DNA from: Pseudothioglobus sp. nBUS_23
GTDB lineage: Bacteria; Pseudomonadota; Gammaproteobacteria; PS1; Pseudothioglobaceae
DNA length: 32,000 bases
Assembly: GCF_051201565.1 (NCBI RefSeq)
Contig: NZ_CP179200.1
Span: 1,380,001 to 1,412,000, forward strand
Direction of reading: 5' to 3'
Shown here: in pieces, positions 27,029-32,000 of the stretch
Numbering within the stretch: position 1 is the first letter of the stretch
How the letters are laid out: every line of letters begins with the position of its first letter
Translations under genes and position numbers: made by a program
The notes under the pieces: generated by a model
What the model was told of the DNA's origin: nothing
The model's database searches: none
What the model saw: the letters and a program-made list of their open reading frames with translations, nothing else

Positions 27029-27868
27029 TTAAGCTATTTCAAGCAAATCTCCAACTCGCAGAACAGCATTGTCGCCAAGTAAAATTGCATTTTGACCAAA
27101 AAATGCTCCGTTTTTTTCCTCACTAAACTTTAGCTTAGCAAGCGTTGCCAAAGGCTCTTTAGGATTTTCGATAACACCTGTATCTTGATCAATCGTCGTA
27201 ATTTTGCATCGCTTACAAGGCTTTCTCAATCCAAACAGATAACCACTCTTTTCGCATACCAAATTAGATGAGGTCATCATCTCAACATTGGGTAATCCTT
27301 TGAGCACTATATTAGGTCTGAATCGATTCATTGAAACTTCGAATGAATCATTTTCTGAAAGGCCAGTATTTAGCTTACTGAGGGACTCCCATGAGGTGAT
27401 TAGATATGGAAACTGATCAGAGAATGCACTTTCAGCATGAACGCCATCTAAATATTTTTTAGGGACTGGTCGCTCGCCCTCTTGGTCAAACCTGACAAGT
27501 CTTAGCGCACTTCCACCATATGTTCCAAGAACATCAGTGAGCCATCGAGAGGCATCATCACCCTCATCGAACCCATCACAAACATCATCCCAAACCATTG
27601 CTCTGACTTTATTGCTTCTTGATGAATTAAGCGGAATCTTGAGAACCTTTTGATTATTTGAAGTAAGAATTAATGAAAGAGAATCTATACCTGTCTCAAT
27701 TGTAGTCATTAGCTCTATTTCACGCTGAGATATAAAATTGTATTGATCATCAGTAACCATCCACTCACGGTCAAACTCAAGACCGCGCTTTGCAGTTTGG
27801 GCTTCAGTTAGAGCAATACCCTTAAGAGATTTGACTGGGTAAATATATAGATCAGTAATTTGAGCCAT
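27029..27868 (-). CDS. MOSC domain protein (YcbX-like, without the C-terminal 2Fe-2S ferredoxin domain)
   Basis: 279 aa. N-terminal beta-barrel signature ITDLYIYPVKSLKGI, FRPNIVL, and the conserved Cys region CKRCKITTIDQDTG. Confidence 0.85.
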   Translation of the reverse strand: MAQITDLYIYPVKSLKGIALTEAQTAKRGLEFDREWMVTDDQYNFISQREIELMTTIETGIDSLSLILTSNNQKVLKIPLNSSRSNKVRAMVWDDVCDGFDEGDDASRWLTDVLGTYGGSALRLVRFDQEGERPVPKKYLDGVHAESAFSDQFPYLITSWESLSKLNTGLSENDSFEVSMNRFRPNIVLKGLPNVEMMTSSNLVCEKSGYLFGLRKPCKRCKITTIDQDTGVIENPKEPLATLAKLKFSEEKNGAFFGQNAILLGDNAVLRVGDLLEIA

Positions 27869-27887
27869 AACTTCCCCTTGAGCCTTA

Positions 27888-28649
27888 TTATTGTTTTAGT
27901 TTATATCCAGTTCGAAACATCCAAGCTATTATAGCAATACAAATAGCAAGAAATAGAAACACCATGAATAAACTAATACCGACGCTCACATCCGAAACTT
28001 CAAAAAAGCTCCACCTAAAACCACTGACAAGATATAGAACTGGATTAAAGAGAGTCACCTTCTGCCAAAGATCAGGGAGCATACTGATTGAATAAAAACT
28101 TCCACCAAGGAAAACCAATGGAGTAATTATGAGTAGCGGAATGATTTGTAGTTTCTCAAAGTTATCAGCCCAGAGTCCAATGATAAAACCAAACAAGCTA
28201 AAAGCGATACAGGTTAAAACGAGGAAGCCCAGCATCCAGAATGGATGAGCAATATTTAAATCTACAAACAGGTTAGCTGTCGCTAAGATAATTGTTGCTA
28301 GAATCAGAGACTTCGTTGCAGCTGCACCGACATAACCAATTAAAGTCTCATAAAAAGACACAGGAGCAGACAAAAGCTCATAGATTGTTCCAGTAAACTT
28401 GGGGAAGAAAATGCCAAACGAGGCATTTGAAATGCTCTGCGTTAAGACTGACAACATGGTTAGACCTGGAACAATAAATAGGCCGTATGATACGCCTTCA
28501 ATGTTCTCTATTCTGGATCCAATAGCTGAGCCAAATACCACAAAATAGAGAGCTGTCGATATAACAGGGGAGGCGACGCTTTGAAAAAGTGTGTTCCAGA
28601 AACGAAGCATCTCATTGAAATAGATGACCTTAATTGCTGTTAAATTCAT
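27888..28649 (-). CDS. ABC-2 type transporter permease (YadH-like)
   Basis: 253-aa six-helix hydrophobic protein. It has an ATGA overlap with the upstream ATPase gene. Confidence 0.85.
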   Translation of the reverse strand: MNLTAIKVIYFNEMLRFWNTLFQSVASPVISTALYFVVFGSAIGSRIENIEGVSYGLFIVPGLTMLSVLTQSISNASFGIFFPKFTGTIYELLSAPVSFYETLIGYVGAAATKSLILATIILATANLFVDLNIAHPFWMLGFLVLTCIAFSLFGFIIGLWADNFEKLQIIPLLIITPLVFLGGSFYSISMLPDLWQKVTLFNPVLYLVSGFRWSFFEVSDVSVGISLFMVFLFLAICIAIIAWMFRTGYKLKQ

Positions 28650-29572
28650 GACTCCTCCTTAACTAGGTCAACAAAAATATCCTCCAGTGAGCTTTGCTCC
28701 ACCTTCAGATCTTTTAACAATAATCCAGAGTTTGTAATTTTATTAAGTATCTCAGATACATCCGCCGTCTCATCCTTGACAACATAGGTATAAGAAATCT
28801 GAGTTCCGCCATCATTCAGCTCGATATTGTATTCCTCTAATGAGCTTGGGATCTCTTTCACTGGCTCTTTTAAATCAATTACAAGCTGTTTCTTTCCAAG
28901 GCTCTGCATCAGTTCATCTTTTTTCTCAACCAATAAAAGCTCACCATTACTAATGACGCCAACCCTATCAGCTATTTCTTCAGCCTCTTCAATGTAGTGA
29001 GTTGTTAGAATAATGGTCACTCCTTGATTGCGAAGTTTATTGACGATCTTCCACATGTCTTTTCTGAGCTCGACATCTACTCCGGCTGTTGGCTCATCCA
29101 AAAATAACACTTTAGGTTGGTGAGAAAGAGCCTTAGCAATTAAAACTCTTCTTTTCATCCCTCCAGACAAGGCTCTGATTTCTGAGTCTTTTTTATCAAA
29201 GAGTGAAAGATCTTTAAGTAGTTGCTCTAGATAAGCATCATCCCTCTTTGCACCAAACAATCCTCTACTAAATCTCACAGTTCCCAAGACGGTATCAAAA
29301 GACCCCAAAGTCAACTCTTGAGGAACGAGACCAATCATAGATCTTGTTTTTCGAAAGTCCTTGATAATGTCAAATCCATCAACTGAAACGGAACCTGATG
29401 ATGGGGAGATGATTCCACAGATAGTTGAAATTAAAGTGGTTTTTCCAGCACCATTAGGACCTAAGAGCGCGAGAATTTCGCCACGGTTAATCTCCAGATC
29501 TACGGTTTTAAGTGCCTCAAAACCAGATTTATAGGTCTTCGATAAGGCTTTAATTGAAATGATTGAATACAT
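28646..29572 (-). CDS. ABC transporter ATP-binding protein (YadG-like)
   Basis: 308 aa. Walker [10 protein letters not shown], signature LSGGMKRR, Walker [13 protein letters not shown]-loop TTH. Confidence 0.92.
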   Translation of the reverse strand: MYSIISIKALSKTYKSGFEALKTVDLEINRGEILALLGPNGAGKTTLISTICGIISPSSGSVSVDGFDIIKDFRKTRSMIGLVPQELTLGSFDTVLGTVRFSRGLFGAKRDDAYLEQLLKDLSLFDKKDSEIRALSGGMKRRVLIAKALSHQPKVLFLDEPTAGVDVELRKDMWKIVNKLRNQGVTIILTTHYIEEAEEIADRVGVISNGELLLVEKKDELMQSLGKKQLVIDLKEPVKEIPSSLEEYNIELNDGGTQISYTYVVKDETADVSEILNKITNSGLLLKDLKVEQSSLEDIFVDLVKEES

Positions 29573-29697
29573 TATCTAATCCTATTTAATGAAATTAAGA
29601 AGGTGTAGATTTTACTTACTATATTTTTCTTTAAATGACTATATAGAGTTTAATATTTTTCTTTCAAGTAGTCAGAATAAATATAGATCTTCATTCT

Positions 29698-30621
29698 CTA
29701 AAGCTCTTCTTGCCAGGGCGGGTTTGCACCTTTTCTGGTGACCGTAATACTCGCCACTTTGTTAGCAAATGAGAGTGCTGCTTCAAGCTGAGATTCAGTT
29801 AAAGTATTGAGACTATCAATCTCCAATAAACCCTGCTCATCAAGATTTAGAAGGAAGCCCGCATTAAACGTATCACCGGCAGCAATCGTATCGACAACAT
29901 CAACCTTTTGACTCTCAGCAAATACCTCACTGCCATTTTTATAGATTACTTTTGATCCCTCAGAGCCTAAAGTCAATATGACAAGCTTTACTCCATTTTC
30001 AATCCATTCTTTACTGACCTTATTAAAATCTTGCGCACCATAGAGGTAGCGATAGTCTTCATCTGAAATTTTAATAATATCAACCTTGTAGGTAAGCTCA
30101 ATAAAGCGAGCTATATAGTTCTGTTTGTTTTCAATAAAGTCAGGGCGCACGTTTGCATCAAAATAAATCGGTAAATATCCTGATACTTGTTCAATAAGCC
30201 ACTGCCAACTCGATCCACAAGGCTCTGCTTGAAGACTGATTCCTCCAACCAGTAATGCCTCTGCCTTCTTTACTCTATTGATAAATGGGTTTAAGCTCTT
30301 TTGATCTAATAGTCGTCCAGCTGAGTGCTCATCAACAAAGGTGTACTCTGCTATGCCATTAACAACGTCTGCATAGGCAAGCGTGGTTGGCCTATTGGTC
30401 TTAATGACAAAGTCTTCCTTCACTTCAGAATGCCTTAATGTATTCTCTATAAGTTCCCCATAACTGTCATTGGATACGGCGCCAAAATAATAGCTATCAG
30501 CCCCCAACCGGCCAAGTGCAATTGATGAGTTGAAATTACTTCCTCCAACATGAGGAGTATATTCAGGCTCTCCTTTGAAAGAAACCATATCGATTAAGGA
30601 TTCGCCGGCGCAGATAATCAT
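29698..30621 (-). CDS. PfkB-family carbohydrate kinase, probably fructokinase
   Basis: 307 aa. N-terminal CAGESLIDMV..GGSNFN. C-terminal DTIAAGDTFNAGFL and the GANPPW region. Confidence 0.75.
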   Translation of the reverse strand: MIICAGESLIDMVSFKGEPEYTPHVGGSNFNSSIALGRLGADSYYFGAVSNDSYGELIENTLRHSEVKEDFVIKTNRPTTLAYADVVNGIAEYTFVDEHSAGRLLDQKSLNPFINRVKKAEALLVGGISLQAEPCGSSWQWLIEQVSGYLPIYFDANVRPDFIENKQNYIARFIELTYKVDIIKISDEDYRYLYGAQDFNKVSKEWIENGVKLVILTLGSEGSKVIYKNGSEVFAESQKVDVVDTIAAGDTFNAGFLLNLDEQGLLEIDSLNTLTESQLEAALSFANKVASITVTRKGANPPWQEEL

Positions 30622-30716
30622 TTAGACTTTAAACTTTTTTACATATTAAATCGTAATTTTACAATACGCTCTCTTAAGCATTTAGATATTGAATGAGTAA
30701 TTAGAAAGTTTAAAAA

Positions 30717-31064
30717 CTATAAAAGACGTGAACCATTATCGATAGGTAAATCATTAGTAGCTAGCACCACTGAATTATCGAGACGATAAAATCCCAGAAC
30801 CAAGCACTCACTCATAATTGGGCCAACCTGTTTGGGCGCAAAATTTACGACGCCCATAACTTGCTTATCTTGCAGTTGTTCCTTGTTATATAGGTCTGTA
30901 ATTTGTGAACTTGATTTTTTTATTCCAATTTCAGAGCCAAAGTCAACATGGAGAATGTAAGCAGGCTTTCTGGCCTCTGGAAAATCCTCAACCTTGATTA
31001 TCGTTCCAATTCTTATATCAACTTTTTCAAAATCTTGCCATGTAATGGTCACATCATCTCCCAT
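30717..31064 (-). CDS. csaA: tRNA-binding domain protein CsaA
   Basis: 115 aa, collinear with B. subtilis CsaA at DFEKVDIRIGTI.KVEDFPEARKPAY.L.VDFGSEIGIKKSSSQIT and VNF.PK...G..SE.LVLG. Confidence 0.85.
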   Translation of the reverse strand: MGDDVTITWQDFEKVDIRIGTIIKVEDFPEARKPAYILHVDFGSEIGIKKSSSQITDLYNKEQLQDKQVMGVVNFAPKQVGPIMSECLVLGFYRLDNSVVLATNDLPIDNGSRLL

Positions 31065-32000
31065 TATTGCTCTCCAAGTAGCTGATTTAATCCATTTTCT
31101 AATGCTAAAGTAAAGCCTTTATCATTGCCTGGATTGGCAGCGCAATGACCAAATGGTGAATCAAAGGGTCTGAATTCAACATTTGCTATAAAGCTAGCTT
31201 CAATGGCATTATCTTCAGGAGGAAAATATAAATCTTGAGAACACGGCATCAGAATGGTTTTAGCCTTTATTGATTTAAGTGCCATCTCAAAATTGCCATT
31301 ATAAATCGGACCAATACTAATGTCACTGGTCTGCCAAGTCCTTAGCTTAGAAATAAGGTTGTTGGCATCCCAATTTGTAGCGTGGTCTTCTTCCCAATCA
31401 ACCAATAAATCCTCAAATGACTCAAAACCTAGTGTTTTATAGAGTGAGTCTCGATAGAACGTTTGGGAAAAAGCCCATCCCGCATAAACTCTCGCAAATG
31501 CTTTTAGTCCATCAACAGGAGGTGAGCTATAGTCTCCATTATTCCAGTGTTGGTCTGCGCAAAGTGCCGCCCTTACACCTTCAAGAAATACAAAGTTGTG
31601 TGGTGAAGTTTTTGCAGAGGCGCAGAAGGGCAAAATAGCATCAACAAAATCAGGGTACTGGGCAGCCCACTGATAAGCTTGGCAGCCGGCCATTGACCAT
31701 CCTGTCACCAGAGCAATCCTATTTACTCCTAATGCCTCAGTCAGAAGTCGATACTGGCATGCAATATTATCCCAGAGTGAAACATGAGGGAACCTTGGGC
31801 CATCCTGAGGAGACTCAGTATTGCTTGGAGAGGAAGAAATTCCATTACCAAACATATTAATTGAAACAATGAAGTGCCTATCAGGATCTATGGCTCTTTC
31901 AGGACCGAAGAATCCTTCATTTCTTTGATGTGATCCAGTATAAAAGGTAGGCAAGACAACAACATTACTTTTATTGGCATCCAATTTGCCGTAGGTTTTA
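31064..32000 (-). CDS. MetX-like alpha/beta hydrolase (homoserine O-acetyltransferase family), probably 5'-truncated by the window end
   Basis: Nucleophile elbow GWSMAGCQAY, C-terminal FGHCA (catalytic His region), and N-terminal NVVVLPTFYTGSH. The reading frame stays open to the window edge. Its stop overlaps the csaA start (TAATG). Confidence 0.75.
   Translation of the reverse strand, partial: KTYGKLDANKSNVVVLPTFYTGSHQRNEGFFGPERAIDPDRHFIVSINMFGNGISSSPSNTESPQDGPRFPHVSLWDNIACQYRLLTEALGVNRIALVTGWSMAGCQAYQWAAQYPDFVDAILPFCASAKTSPHNFVFLEGVRAALCADQHWNNGDYSSPPVDGLKAFARVYAGWAFSQTFYRDSLYKTLGFESFEDLLVDWEEDHATNWDANNLISKLRTWQTSDISIGPIYNGNFEMALKSIKAKTILMPCSQDLYFPPEDNAIEASFIANVEFRPFDSPFGHCAANPGNDKGFTLALENGLNQLLGEQ

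Noticed and set aside
29621-29664. 12-nt direct repeat atatttttcttt at 29621-29632 and 29653-29664, upstream of the ABC transporter operon
   Set aside because: It is a low-complexity A/T string in a very AT-rich intergenic region, so chance recurrence is plausible. There is no dyad symmetry and no associated regulator gene.
1439-31638. Remaining short ORFs in the track, 60-108 aa, at 1439, 2310, 4015, 6131, 6141, 8416, 9574, 11287, 11740, 12316, 13130, 14740, 15052, 15639, 17533, 17718, 19239, 19321, 20555, 20739, 21200, 21220 and 31417
   Set aside because: Each is nested in or antisense to a long, confidently identified gene. None shows any recognisable motif or start context.

Overview
This is a visibly AT-rich, very gene-dense chromosomal segment with about 34 CDS and one tRNA-Leu(UAG). 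Many neighbouring genes overlap by 1-4 nt (ATGA or TAATG junctions). Gene content and local synteny point to a streamlined, probably marine, gammaproteobacterium: glnK-amtB, dapA-bamC, hda plus a CDP-alcohol phosphatidyltransferase divergent from purM-purN-DUF3108, ccmF-ccmI, uvrA and pyrH-frr. The lineage call is inference only. Most of the window is housekeeping, but several classical operons are broken up: trmD lies away from rpsP/rplS, ccmF-ccmI lack ccmE/G/H, cmoB lacks cmoA, bioC stands alone, and a ZnuA-like protein lacks znuBC. The stand-out region is 21.5-24.3 kb, between frr and cmoB. It holds two tandem, same-strand paralogous genes (533 aa and 338 aa). Each encodes a signal-peptide-bearing, acidic Ala/Glu-rich helical-repeat protein ending in a shared domain bracketed by two Cys, and I cannot place them in any named family. 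The larger gene contains a near-perfect 222-bp in-frame tandem repeat of about 2.4 copies. The two genes share a roughly 250-nt block that is about 90% identical, while their other parts are much more diverged, which suggests gene conversion. A strong hairpin terminator sits between them, immediately upstream of the second gene's start codon, which has no Shine-Dalgarno. No CRISPR array, transposase, integrase or phage genes were seen. All family assignments come from motif recognition by eye. No database search was possible, so novelty is unverified.
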